From Anthoceros angustus (taxonomy: Eukaryota > Plantae > Anthocerotophyta), in assembly GCA_010909165.1 (NCBI GenBank), contig MU008169.1:1116001-1180000 (forward strand): DNA of 64,000 nucleotides. Reading direction: 5' to 3'. The position numbers and the translations under genes were made by a program. The notes below the pieces were generated by a model, which had not been told where the DNA came from, did no database searches, and worked only from the letters and a program-made list of their open reading frames with translations. How positions within the stretch are numbered: the first letter of the stretch is position 1; each line of letters begins with the position of its first letter. This document shows, piece after piece, positions 25,920-38,506 of this stretch.

Positions 25920-26409
25920 GTCAAGCTGCACCACTTCAGGCTGGAGTACTAAGGCTTGTGATAGACCCTGAGTTTTTGTCGAGTGGCAATGACCAAGGTG
26001 CCCTTCATTTCAGGTCCCTGTCCTTGGTCCTCTTCCAAGTTCCGCCTACTACATACACATAGTTACTAGGACTCCTTATCGGAAAGGGAAACACTTTTCT
26101 CGTGAATTTTGTCTCTGATCTCTTTGGCAACCTGTGATCAGCTCGCCAAGAGTTTGTCACGCCTTACTTTTCACAGACCAACTTATCAGCCTTCGTGCGT
26201 TGAGCGTGAGGTACGGCAGGTCAGGTCAGGCCAGGCCAGGCCGTCCTCTTGTTTTTATCCAGCGCGCTGCGTCCTTTGTATTTCGAATTGGAATCTCGGG
26301 CATATTTGCCCCTTCGCGACATTGGAAGCTTGGGTCGCTCTCTGTGCCACGAAGGTTGCTGCAAAGTGGGCCTATAGACTGTATACTCACTGCGAGATGC
26401 TTCATCGTC

Positions 26410-27141
26410 CGTTATGCAGTCATACCTATTTCCAGCCAAGGAAATTGTTGGAAAGATGGAGACAAGTACTATGTGAAGGACGTACTGCAGTCTTGGATTC
26501 AGAGGAAAGGATTAGAAGGGCTTGCTGTCACAGCTCTGGGAGCTTCATCGGGAGGTTACCTTGTGTCAAGCCTTGCATTGGAGGTTGCGTTCAGGTCCCT
26601 TGTCATCATGATTTCATCAGGAAGTTTCCACGCTTCCCAACCGATCAAGCCAACCTACCCTCCCACTCTGTTCGTGCACATGCCTAAGGATGCAGCAATG
26701 GCTGCAAGAGTAAGCCGTTCCATTCGGCTCCTGACAAAAGCTGGTGTGCTGACGAACGAGGTGAAATGTTTCCCGCTGCCTCTGACTCCCTCATTTTTCG
26801 CTGAGAATATCCCAGGTCTGAGTGCCAGGATGTCATCAAGGTTATTCCGTGCATTGAAGGATAGCGGGCTCCTGAATCGGAAGAACTTCCTGAGGCTGGA
26901 TGGCCGCTACTCACACTGGCAGGCTGTCGCGACGAAGCGAAAAGTGTTGCCAACGGTACCTCCCAAAGGAAGACTGAAGTTCGAGTTTCAAATACAAGAG
27001 GAACTAAATCGGGCATATGGAGAGCACGAAATCACCAGTCAGGAGTCGAAAGCAATATTTGACTGGCTGGATGACCCCACTTCTGCTGTGGATGCAACGA
27101 CCAAGACCGATTACCAGTCTGAAGTTCAACGCAATCTTTGA
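26410..27141 (+). CDS. Plant alpha/beta-hydrolase-fold protein (3' portion; 5' exons degenerate or not resolved)
   Basis: YAVIPISSQGNCW, nucleophile elbow LGASSGG, YPPTLFVHMPKD, EELNRAYGEHEITS..IFDWL. Confidence 0.8.
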   Translation, partial: RYAVIPISSQGNCWKDGDKYYVKDVLQSWIQRKGLEGLAVTALGASSGGYLVSSLALEVAFRSLVIMISSGSFHASQPIKPTYPPTLFVHMPKDAAMAARVSRSIRLLTKAGVLTNEVKCFPLPLTPSFFAENIPGLSARMSSRLFRALKDSGLLNRKNFLRLDGRYSHWQAVATKRKVLPTVPPKGRLKFEFQIQEELNRAYGEHEITSQESKAIFDWLDDPTSAVDATTKTDYQSEVQRNL

Positions 27142-28124
27142 GTGGCTGGATGACCCCGCCTCTGCTATGGGTGCAATAACCTAGACCGTCTGACGTTACT
27201 TCTTTCTCTGCACAAAGAGGTGTCAGGTTGATTAGCAGCCAGTTTACAGCGAAGAGACAACGATGACTTACGTGCTTTGCTCCTGTGTGGCCTGGAATGA
27301 CAAGTTATCTGGCAAGCTGTACAGTACTTAGCTTCTACAGACAGTGACCCTCATTGAATTGGACTTGCTTGGTCGAATAAAGAGAGCCCCTGTGAGTTCA
27401 AGGGTGCTGTTGTCAAGCACATCCTCTTGTTTCGGCTGTGTTGGCAACAAATTGGCGATTCACTTGGTAGCTCATTACCTAGTATGGCAGCCCTGGACTG
27501 CATGGTAGAAAGTTGCATATCCACAAAGGAATGAAGACATACACAAGGGTTGCAACTGTTGTCCAGCTGCCATCCCTGCAGGCATGCTAGTGTGGCCCTC
27601 ACCTTCCACATAACCAGCCTGTCCTGCCTCCTCTTCTACGTGCAGAGCTAGTTGGATACTCCAGGAGCGGGATCGAGGGAGCTCGAACTCCTGAACCCGA
27701 CGTGCTGGCCCTGAACCACCCACTTCTCTGCGACGGGAGATGAAAACGAAAATAACCTGCGGATTGAACAAGAGAGAGCACTCTTCCTCCGTCCCGTAAT
27801 CCATAATTTCGTTGTTATCATCATCTCGCTCCTTGTTGGCCAAGACTGCGTGTCCCGAAGGACGAGGTCAAGAAGAAGCGTTTGATGTCTTGTAGTCTGG
27901 CCGCTTGGTTAATTAGCATCGTTAGCGCGAGAACAAGATGTGTTAAGTTCAGTTAGTTCATTTTAAGTATTTACCTTTATGGAAATTATCAGGTCCTAGT
28001 ATTTTAGGTTCTCGGGCGACACTCTTTAAGTACGTACACTTCCGGAAAAGTTTAGATTTCAGATTCTTACCAAAGCCACACTCCCGGACGGAATGTAAGT
28101 GGCCTTCTGACTTCCACTTATCTA

Positions 28125-28649
28125 CAGTTCCCCCCCTAATTAGGACTGGTTCGGAGTGCCTTTAGAGGTCCCATTAAGGAAGGTGTCCCCATTACATTTT
28201 CCCTATTTAATAATAATAAAAATATTATAAATGAAAAAAATAAAAAATATTCAAAAAAAGAAAATTCAAAATTTGATTGATAGGTTTCACTAAAAATAAA
28301 TTTTACTAATTCGCTATATAGTTGTTTGAAAGCTAGCACTCTCTCTAAGCAACATCAAAAAAACCTCTACCTATCATAAAGGAAAAAGCTTAGCTTAAGA
28401 GTCTTCAATCACACCTAAAAGTCTATTGTGCTTTGAAATAATCATTTCTTTTTTATTTTGTTTAGTAAAAAAAATTTAAAATCTCATTTAGGGAGGTGAA
28501 ACTAACATGAATGTATGTTTCAAAAGGTCCCAATTACCATTTATGGAAAAGTCCCATTTGTTACATTGTAAACTAAAGGGAGTAGGATGGGAGGTCCCAT
28601 ACAGAGAGGAATCCCATTTATGGAGTCCCCAATTAGGGGGGGCCGACTG
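28125..28649. mobile_element. Tc1/mariner-type MITE with TA target duplication
   Basis: TA|cagtt ccccccctaattaggact ... agtccccaattagggggggccgactg|TA; an uninterrupted empty-site copy lies at 28678-28721. Confidence 0.8.
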
Positions 28650-29315
28650 TAGTTCGACCTCATGGGCAGATACTATAGGCCTTCTGACTAACTTCCACCT
28701 ATCTAGTTCGACCTCATGGGTATCCCCGACAGGCTGTGGCACTGTGAGATGTAGGTTAGGGGTATGTATCCAATTTGTTGGGTAATCTACCTTCAAGTAT
28801 TAGTTATCACTCTAACTTAGCCAGATATCTTTCAAGAACTTAAAATACATATCTCAAACACCCATGTATTTTATGGCAGCTTCCTAAAACCTAACCTAAT
28901 ATACCTAGCATGCTCCTTCTCTATATAATTGAGACCTTATATTGATTCATATGTTCAAAGGACAACCTCTTTTACTTCTCGTAAAGGTTAAAATTAGTTG
29001 TATATATTTGGCTTGTAATATCTGATATTTATTCATATTTTTAAAGATAACCTCTTTTACTTCTCGTAAAGCTTGAAATTAATTTTTCATATTCAGGATG
29101 TAATATCTTTTATATGAGAATTTTATAAAGATTGATTATCTATCTATTTCTTTAAAATGAATAATTTTAAAGCGAGCAACTCTGTGTTGCATCGCTCAAG
29201 TACCAAATCTCATAACACAAAAATTCCAGCCAAGTGGACTATCATAGACTACTTCGTTTTCTCTTTCCACTCGCCTTTAATGATATGCAGAGAAGTTATT
29301 TTTTTTCTTACTCTT

Positions 29316-30566
29316 ATGCTTGAGCCCGACGTTGGAGTGAACAATGTACCTCTCAATCTTCCGGTAAATGCAGCCACTAAGATAAGTGCATATTATAGGG
29401 TTTAGTGTTTTAGTTGCAAATTGGGTGTTATAAGATTATGGTTAATGATTTAGTGCAAAGTTTTTTCTTAAATCTTATTGTTTTTCTTTTTACAGGAGGA
29501 AGACCTTCAAAACTATCACTTGGGCCAAAACAATAATATAGACAGAACAAGAAAAGAAAGGAAGGTGGACAAGACTAATGAAGAGTACTGGAAGAAGAGA
29601 GGATTACATAGTGGTGGCATACGTTTGAATCAAAAGTCACAGCTCTGTGATCTAACACCTGATGACGTGCTCTTGAGATATTTCGGTAGAGCGCAGGGGT
29701 ATTTGACTCTAGATCTTCATCAAAATCTGACTAAGCAGATGAAGGAAAGGATGGAAACTTTATACGAACAAATTTTTGAAAGGCCTTTAGATTGGAATGA
29801 AGGCAAGATTAGTGTCAAGTTTGGGCGAGCCTTTCTTGCTCATGAGCTCCGAAGGACCGAAGTTGATTGGGCTCACTATGCTATGTCTGAACACATTCGT
29901 ATTTTAAAAAGAAATGATAGAAGAATGCAAAGAAAGCGAAAACGAAGGGTAGATAGTGATCACGACATTGAAGGTTTTGAGAATGACCTACACCAAAACA
30001 AGGAAGCTGAAGCTGGTACTTTGAAATTTGGATACAAGTCGCACGAAGACTTCCATAAGAATGTCAGGGCTAACTCATATAGAGCTGAATACATAGAAGG
30101 TGCCGTGACAGTAAAGGTGGGTCACATGTTCGATAAGCATTGGGGAACCAAGATGTCTAATAATAAAGGGCGAGACAGTCTTTCAATTCAGTTCAATTCA
30201 GACGAATCTACAGTGAAGCAGGACAAGGAATTCCTAAAAGAGGGACTTGATCTTGCTGATAAAAAATACAAACACTTTGAGGATGAAATGCGTTTGACAA
30301 AGCGCATGGAGGCAGACAATGCCACAATGCAGCACCTTGGAAACTCTGAGACTAATCGTCGTGCAGCTTGGAACAAATGGAACCTCGACGTGGAAAAATG
30401 GTTTGAACACTTGAAGTACAAGTCGATGCGGGATACCCTCGCTCAAAGGCTTAGTAGGCTCGAGGTCCCGTCCCAAGTTATACCCCATAATGAAGACCTT
30501 GAAGACGCGGCTTCCTCTTCTGAACAAGATTTTGTTGTGAGTTGTCAAGACTCGACAGATCATTGA
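29316..30566 (+). CDS. Uncharacterised two-exon protein, paralogue A (exons 29316-29363, 29496-30566)
   Basis: ATG, then GT..AG 132-bp intron in phase 0 and a long open exon; ~60% similar by eye to paralogue B with the same intron position. Confidence 0.75.
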
Positions 30567-31395
30567 TTATATTGTGTGAGTTAGGACACGTAAGTTAATA
30601 ATTTTCAAGGATTAATAATTTATTTTTTGATACTAGTTTCTCAATTTTATTATTTTTAATTACTTGAGATAAACCCTAAGGGAATAATGACTTAGTAAAT
30701 TTTTCTCCTATGATAACCACTAATTAAAGGCTACTTAAACCCTTTTAGTAACATCTTTAGGTGAAAAGCAAGTCTTGCACTATAAAAACATATACCAGCA
30801 ATTAAATTTCATAACTTTTTACTACCAAGCCAGATATCTACTCTCATAGAAAATATAATAAAAAAATTTTCTCCAAAACATGCATATGAATACCTTTATA
30901 GAAAATAGTGTAAAACACGTTGCTAGTCCTTAAATGTTAATTTAAGTATCTACTGAACTAAACTAGACTAAAAGGTGGTATAACGTTTTATAGCCTACTT
31001 TTATAGGATCCATACATTACTATTATGAGTACGCTCTTAAAGTAGTATGTTAGTATCTTATAAGATACCAATGACTCGATTTTTGTTCCTTAATTTAAAG
31101 GAGACCTGATGTTTGTTTCTCTACAATTTATTTTTCAACTTTAACCTCTTTCACTTCAATCGAAGCTTGAATTTCATTTGTATATTCGAGTTGTGGTATC
31201 TTTCTACAGTATAATTATACAAGGATTATTTTTGAATTTTTCATATCAATCATATTAATAACCGTCTCAATTTATTTTTTCTAAATTGTATTTGATGGTG
31301 CGAAACCTCTAATGTGTAGATCACTCTAAGTACATGAAATGAAGAATTTTAAGCTGAGAGACATTGCATTGCGTTGTTTTATATGCTTGCTTTCT

Positions 31396-32502
31396 ATGCT
31401 GGCGCCCGATGTTATAGAGAACTATGTACCTCCTAATGCATCTCTTGATCTTCTAGTAAGTGTAGCCACTAATTCAAATGTATGTTACAAGTTGCGAGTT
31501 GAGTGTTATAAGATTCTAAGGTTTATGATTTAGTGCTATAATTTTTCTTAAATCTTATTTATGTTTGTCTTCTAACAGCAACAAGATTTTCAAAACCATC
31601 ACTTGGGCCAAAATAATAATGTAGAAGAACGAAGAAAAGAAAAAAAGCTGAACAAGACCAATGAAGAATATTGGAAGGAGAAAGGATTATCGAACGGTGG
31701 CATACGCTTAAATCAAAAATCACAGCTTTGTGATTTAACACCCGATGACGTGCTATTAAAATATTTCGGCAGAACGCAGGGCTATTTAACACTATATCCT
31801 CATCGAAATCTAACTAAAGAGATGAAGGAAAGGATGGAAAGTTTATACAAACAGATTTTTGAAAAGCCCTTAGATTGGAATGAAGGAAAAGTAAACATTA
31901 AATTTGGGCGAGCCTTTATCGCTCAGGAGCTCCAAAAGACACAAATTGATTGGGCTCACTATGCTATGTCAGAATACATTCGTATTGCCAAGAGAAATGA
32001 TAAGAGAATGCAGCAAAAGCGAAAACGTATAACTTATATGGTAGATAGTGATCATGACGCTAAAGGTTTTGGACATGATCGATGTCAATATGAGGAAGAT
32101 AGAGATGATACCCAAATCTCCCCCAAAGTCTGTAAGGACCTCGGGCCTGCCTCACATAAAGCGAAATATATAGAAAGTGTTATAACAGATGTCGCTTGTC
32201 AAATGTTCAACAAGCATTGGGCAACTAGCCTATCTGACAAGTCCAAAGTGGAGCAAGACAAGGAATTCTTAAAAGAAGCACACAATCTTGCTGACAAGAA
32301 ATACAGGCATTTCAAAGATGAAATGCGTTTGGCCATGCGCATGGAGGCAGACAATGCCCCGGCGCTGCACCTAGAAAACTATGAAGTTATTCGTTGTGCA
32401 GCTTGGGACAAATGGAATGCTGACGTGCAAAAATGGTTTGAGCGCATGAAATACAAGTCTATACGGAATACCCTCGCTCAAAGTCTCCAAGCCCTATCCT
32501 AA
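31396..32502 (+). CDS. Uncharacterised two-exon protein, paralogue B (exons 31396-31455, 31579-32502)
   Basis: ATG, then GTAAGT..CAG 123-bp intron in phase 0; shares LCDLTPDDVLL.YFGR.QGY, KFGRAF.A.EL....DWAHYAMSE, AAW.KWN.DV.KWFE with paralogue A. Confidence 0.75.
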
Positions 32503-32936
32503 ACTATCATCAATTAGATATTTGAAGGGTAGGTCCATTGCCTTGGCGATGATTATCAGCGTAATATTCAATACGACATGGAAGATGGGAGACACAACCT
32601 AAGAAGTGGGCTCTTCCTTATGTCCGCATAGCTGCGGGTAGACAATCCTGCCCCCTGGATTGTTCTAGAGGTTTGTCCCCTTGTTTTGGACTTCCCATCT
32701 CTGTAAATGAATAAAGTAATCTTTTTTTTTCTTGTAATATAATCGTACCTCAAGTTAAATAGGTAGTTATGTCTACTAAGCGATCCACAGTGATGTGTAT
32801 CGCCCAGTGATTCTGGAATGTGGCCTCAAGATGCCCTAGCCTCTGTCTGAGATGAGGTGCCTGCGCGCTAACATCGTTTTCCTAACCTTTGCAGCATTTG
32901 AAGACGCCTCTGGATTGTTCCTGCGGAGCTCGAGGC

Positions 32937-33874
32937 ATGGATCGGGTCTGGGATCGTAGGATGGTGCTTCTGGCAACCTCTCTGAAAATCGTTGCTGGAG
33001 CGCAGATCGGGCAGCTGGAAAGGCCTGATCCCGGCGATGGTCAGGCTATGGCACGGTGGATGGTGTCGTCGAATTCGTGGAGCGTTCTTTGGTTGGTTCC
33101 TGGCAAGCTCTAGTCGGAAGCTCGAGCCTTGAGCGCCGTCCTCGCTTCCGTCTTTTGTGGGCAGCACAATCTCCCTTCACCGGCACGGCTCTCCGTTCGG
33201 GTTGGCCTGCGCACCGACAACGCCCACCAGCTACTTTCTAATCACTGTAACAACCATTCCTCCCCCGGGAGCATCCTCTGCAGAAACATCGCTTCCTTCA
33301 GCGATGGCCCGGCGGGAAACGCGTCCGGCTCCGGCACGCCCTACTTCCACCTCTCCAGGCTGGATCCCACGCCGCTCGATCTGGAGCAGGATCCGCGCGC
33401 CTCTCTGGCTCTCAGCTCTCAGCGAGTCTCCCCTTGAGACGTGCGGAAGCACCGACGTGGAAAACCCCACCTGCGCTCGCCTCACGCTATCCGGGAAGGT
33501 AGGTGTGCCGGTTGCTTGGCTGTTCACGTAGGAGAAGAGAGCCTGCCAGAATGCACATGTGCGTCCTGTCCGGATCCTAGCAGGTGGCAGAGGTGCGGGA
33601 GGCGGGAGAAGTGGAGTTGGCCGCACTGGCCCTGTTTGCCAAGCAGCCGGAAATGAAAGGTAGGCGGAAAGCTGTAGATGCAAGCTTGCATGTCAGGTAA
33701 TGCCGACTGATGTTGCCGGGAGATATCCTTGTACACACAGGATGGCCGAAAGGGCACGACTTCCGCTTCTACAAGCTCATTATCCAAGATATCTTCCTCA
33801 TTAACTGGTACGGAGGGGCTGAACCATTGTCCGTGGAGGAGTACTACGGTGGGCAAGGCAGCAGTGCCGAGTGA
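32937..33874 (+). CDS. CREG1: CREG-like protein (pyridoxamine-5'-phosphate oxidase-like split barrel), multi-exon; one 7-nt duplication frameshift
   Basis: RPDP...ARWMV...WSVL / STIS..HGSPFG / NIASFSDG..GTPYFHLSRLDPT / CGSTDVENPTCARLTLSGK / ALFAKQPEMK / WPKGHDFRFYKLIIQDIFLINWYGGAEPLSVEEY, joined by GT-AG introns. Confidence 0.85.
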
Positions 33875-34074
33875 AGAGACAGAAGACAATGGATGCACGT
33901 TGTCTGAATGAATCTCGTATCCGCTGCCACCCTGTTGCACCTGCTGAGGCTGCCGCCGGCAGAAGGATCTCTGACAGAGCTGAGAAGTTGTAAATCTGAT
34001 CAACCTGTGAGTGTGACTGAGGAAATGGAGTGGCAGAACCATTGAAGGATCATCTTCATCTTCATGTGCTCCTC

Positions 34075-34963
34075 TCAGAATGTGGATAGCTTGGCGATCT
34101 TGTCCCGCAAGTAATAAAGCTTGGCTCGTCGGACTTTCCTGCTAGAAATGACCTTGATCTCCTTGATGTTAGGCGAGTACCTGCATGCAAGCCAAGAGCC
34201 GAGCGAGAGTGAGAGGGTTTCGGATAACTTCTCCTCTTCAGAACCCTAAGCGAGGGGATGGGAAACAAGGAACAAGCATACTCACAAGGGATACACCACC
34301 TCCACTCCAACACCAGCAAGAACTCTACGGATCCTGATTGTGGAGCTGATCCCGGCATTCCGTTTGGCGATGACGATACCCTTCAGCTGCGAGACCCTTC
34401 TCTTGTTCTCCGGCACTTCCTAAAAGTTGCCGGCAGGATCACCTTGTGAGTCCATGTGCTAAAAGCCTGCCTCAATGCATCACATGCTTCCATGCCGCGC
34501 GATACTCACAACTTTAAGCTGCACGATGTCGCCAGGCTTGATGCGGGGAATACTCCTCTCCTTCACCGCAGTGTCCACGGCCTCTCTGTCCAGAAGCTGC
34601 AGACAGGTGCACCGTCACATTCAACTTCCATCCATACTCCATTCCTACCAATCCCTGAACCACTGTTCTCACCTGCATAATGTGCTTGGCTTGCTTGGTT
34701 AGCTTCTTCGTCTTCACATAGGGCCTGGCGGCTGCAGCCATGGCGCCGCTCGTGCTCTCAGACCCGAAAGCTTCCACTTCCACAGGCATCGCGCAGAGCC
34801 CTCTCATGTGCGCAGCAATTGCTGCCAGCCCGGTCATCCTACCAAAGCCCAACCCTTGCGCCGCGGCAGCAGCTGCTGCCCCACATCCTGGAGACACCGG
34901 TACCGGACTTGCTGCAATCCTGCTCAGAAGGTGTCGGATGCCCGCCCTCACCGATGTCGCCAT
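34075..34963 (-). CDS. rplS: Organellar (probably mitochondrial) 50S ribosomal protein L19 with N-terminal transit peptide, 4 exons
   Basis: AKHIMQ / LLDREAV...[13 protein letters not shown] / [41 protein letters not shown] / [23 protein letters not shown]. Confidence 0.92.
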
Positions 34964-35401
34964 GCCAGATCCTCCTCCAGGCCTGTGATCGCTTCCGAGA
35001 TGCCGCGAACAAACATCTGTTAAAAACCAGCTGGTCTGCTATCTTTCCCCTCTTCGAAAGCCATGAGTCCAGACGGAGTGGACTACGAAGAGGAAGGAGC
35101 GCTGGTCATTCTTCCTTTGCTACCACATCACCTGTCGACCACTTCTACAGCAGAATTCTCGGCCGGGCGCTGGAAGGAGTATCGTATTAGGGGAAAGAGG
35201 TTCCAGCAAGTGGCTCAAACTAGGGTTTGTGGTTTGTGGCCTGCTGAGATCATAAATGGCTACCTCCTTTGCACTTCAGCAGCTCTGTAGAGTGTGCTTG
35301 TGATTGGTTAAATGTCTCAAGGACTTCCAAGGATTTGAAGATTTTGAAATGACCGGAGGCCTTTGAAGGACTTGAAGGGGGATCTGGAGGATTGCAATGA
35401 G

Positions 35402-37060
35402 TCAGTGGAGGTTGCCCACGTACGGCATCAGCAACACTTTGGTTTCCATCACATCTGCCATGGCCAACTTCACTCCCTCCCTCTGCAAAGCCACCGTAGG
35501 GCTGACTGTCGACTCTCACGCTTGGAGAATCGTTCAGGCATACACCTCCCGCCTGCACAGAGGGAGGGGTGCAACTCTTGGGCAACCTCTCGAGGAAGGG
35601 ACCGGAAGGGCAGTGAAGAGCAGCCTGTATTGTACCTCTAGATGTCGGAAAGCGAAGAAGGCTTTGTCGATGTCCGTTGTGAACACTCCAGGTTGGAACC
35701 CGTGGTGGGAGTCGTTGGCTTGAGCGATGGCGTCTTTGAAGTCCTTGTAGGAGTAGAGGAGGAGGACGGGGCCGAAGATGTCTTCCCGCCTGGCTTCCGC
35801 TTGGAGGGGGACGTTCTCCTGCACAGTTGCCTCCATGATGGCCCCTTTGCGCTTGCCTCTACTGCTTGTTTGATTTGGTGTTCCACCTGAGCAGCTGCGG
35901 ACTCCGAGATCATCGCGCCGATGAATGTGTCGTCCTCGAAGGGGTTGCCTGCTTTGAGCTTCTTCACTGCATCCACAAGGGCCTTCTTCACCTGCAAAGC
36001 TAGACTGTCGTGCTTTGCACTGTAATGCTTGCCTCAGTCCAGGCGGAGGCAGGACTCAAGTGTGTGAGATGGTCTGACCTTGCTGTTGTGGCCAATCCTG
36101 CATGTGGATGCAGGATTGGCCACTTTGGTAGAAGCCTCCGTGGACCAGCCTGGCAAAAGTGCCGTCAAGGTCTGGAACCAGGTCCGCGATGATGCGTAGT
36201 GCAATTGCCCCCTAGTTCCATGACAACCTGCCCATGGCCATGCCAAGCCGTCTCAAGAAGGGAAGGGAAGAGGCGAGGGGAAAAGAGGAATAAGAGGCAA
36301 CCAACCAAAACCAACCTTCGTCTTCCCTGCTCGAGCCTTCATGCTCGACACTGGGCCGATGGGAAACATTCGGACGATGGTATGGATACAGCTCGCCCGG
36401 CTTACTTCCCTGTCCAGCCTTTGTGCAACACTGCCTCTGGAAGGTGACATACCTGCAAGCCCTTGTTGCGAGGAGAGATGTCCGAAGGTAAATGTTCCCC
36501 ATAAATCCGTGTTGATTCCTCAGCTGCAATCGTCAGACAGAGCTACCCACCTCTTAAAAGAAGCACACCAACCTGACTACACACAAGCCATGCCTTGAAG
36601 GTGTCGATGGATCTTTGAACCTCCCCCCTCGCATCCTTGATGGGTTTCCCAGACTCCCAGGTGATGAGATACGCAACCTCCTCTGCCCTCGCCCTCAAGG
36701 CTGTAACCATCTGAAACCACACCAAAAACCCATCATGATGTGCAAGCTCTGGAGGGTAGAGTACCTTTACTGCCGTTCTATACCTTTTCAAGAATTGCCT
36801 TCCTGCACATCGTGCACACCGGCATTGATGTAAGGTCACCAGCACATCCCACCTCCTGCAGACCAAGATTCGTCCATCACGTAGAGTCCCTGTTCATATT
36901 TACCAACAGGTCCCGTGTACTTGTTTGCGCCATCCAAGGAGCGTTTGCTTTGACGTTTCTCGTTTGCCACAAACATGGCGTAGTCGCCCCCGATGTTGAA
37001 CTCATGCCCATTGTGCTGTGCTAGCTCCTTCTCCGTCTCCTTCATCTTCCACATGTACAT
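35402..37060 (-). pseudogene. ALDH21A1: ALDH21-family aldehyde (succinic semialdehyde) dehydrogenase pseudogene
   Basis: ESGKPIKDARGEV.R.IDTF, AAEESTRIYGEH..DIS.RNKGLQ, FPIGPVS, VVMELGGN, GFYQSGQSCIHMQ, REDIFGPV, NDSPSVRVDSQPYGG; large internal deletion and frameshifts. Confidence 0.85.
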
Positions 37061-37529
37061 TGCAAAATTCAAGTCACGCACGCCTTGTAGCCTTTGGTGT
37101 TAACAAGGAAACAGATCGCGGACATGACAGTGTGTGCAGATTGCAAGGAGGTGACGTCTTGAGTGGCCATGTCCTCCCTTCTGGTGTGACATCCAGGACA
37201 TCGGTTCATGAATTCCAGAGTCAAGCGTCCTTGGGACGAATCAGTATTCGGATGGGTGTCATCCATGCCCCAGCTACAAATCATGCCCTCCAGATTCAAA
37301 ACTCCAGTTGTAGGTGCCTACGGGTTACTCCAGATTCAAAACTTCAGTTGTTAGTGCCCTTCGGTCGCTAGCGGTAGTACCCAACAGCCTCCTTCCCTGG
37401 GGCAGAAGGCATCACCTCTGCAACCGCCTGGTAGCCAGTCTTCACCATTGCAGGGTAGACCACAGGTCTCAGACTCACCTGCCTTCCATAGAGTGGAGTC
37501 TTTGAAAGGCAATGAGCAAAAGCCTTTGC

Positions 37530-37970
37530 CACAAGGAAGGCGAAGTATTCGACGTGCATGCAGAAGCACGCAAACGTGAGGAAGAGCACTAGAGAAAGAC
37601 GGCTCTCCTCATGACTGAGGAGGAGGCTCTGGAGTTGCAGCAGAAAATGTTTGCTGATGCAGCCAAGGCACAAACCGACAACAGGAATGAGATGCAGCGA
37701 TCAGGAAAGGAATTTCAGGACACGAATTTAACAGGTGCAGCCGAGAAGCCATTGAGCAAATATCCAGAGGAGGAGGAGCTGCAGAGCAAGACTATCCAGG
37801 CAATGGGAGTTGCAGCAGTAGGAACTACTCAGCCGGTATCCAGTGAGCCGAGTGTAAAGCAGGAGCCTGCACGGCGGCAGAATGATTCGTCTCAAAAGAA
37901 GACACCTCCTCCGTCAACCAGCTATCTAGATTTGCTGGCAAAGCCAAAGTGGACCCCAGAATCCATCTAG
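37530..37970 (+). pseudogene. Fragment resembling the C-terminus of NC2beta/Dr1-like proteins
   Basis: MTEEEALELQQKMFADA resembles plant Dr1 MTEEEA..EQQRMFAEA; upstream in-frame stop; no histone-fold part seen. Confidence 0.3.
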
Positions 37971-38215
37971 ACCACAGGTCTCAGACTCATCTGCATTGGA
38001 TAGAGGACTTAGTAATCAAACTATGCTTTGATACCAAGTGCAATGAGCAAGAGCCTTTGTTATCCTCCCCAGGTAGTCACACTACTAGTACTGCCCGTGT
38101 GCCTGGCAGCTCTGCTGCTTCGACACCCAACTTCACAACTTTGCTGCTTTTTCACAACAAACAACGTCGTATGCAAAACGTTTCTTGCAACACTCTGGAA
38201 TTGCCCCAAGTCAGG

Positions 38216-38506
38216 TGTCACAGCCGTGACAACCCCACGACACAAGTGTGAACACAGTCATTTCCCAGCTAGTTTAAGTAGCTAGATTAATTCCGGTTTA
38301 AGTATTATCCCGGAATAAATACCGAGATAATACAGTATAAATACGGGCATAGTAGTTGAACCCGTCCGCGGGTATAGTTAGTTGAGCCCGTCCACAGAAC
38401 GGCCGGACGTGGCTGTTTGGCCCCGAACAGATACAAGAGAGATCCGAACCGAACAAGGAGCCAATTTCCTCCGATCGAGTTCGCTCAAGCCTGCAGCAGC
38501 GTGACA
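38216..38506 (+). repeat. 5' LTR
   Basis: Direct repeat of 44974-45264, followed by tRNA-Met-type PBS. Confidence 0.92.
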
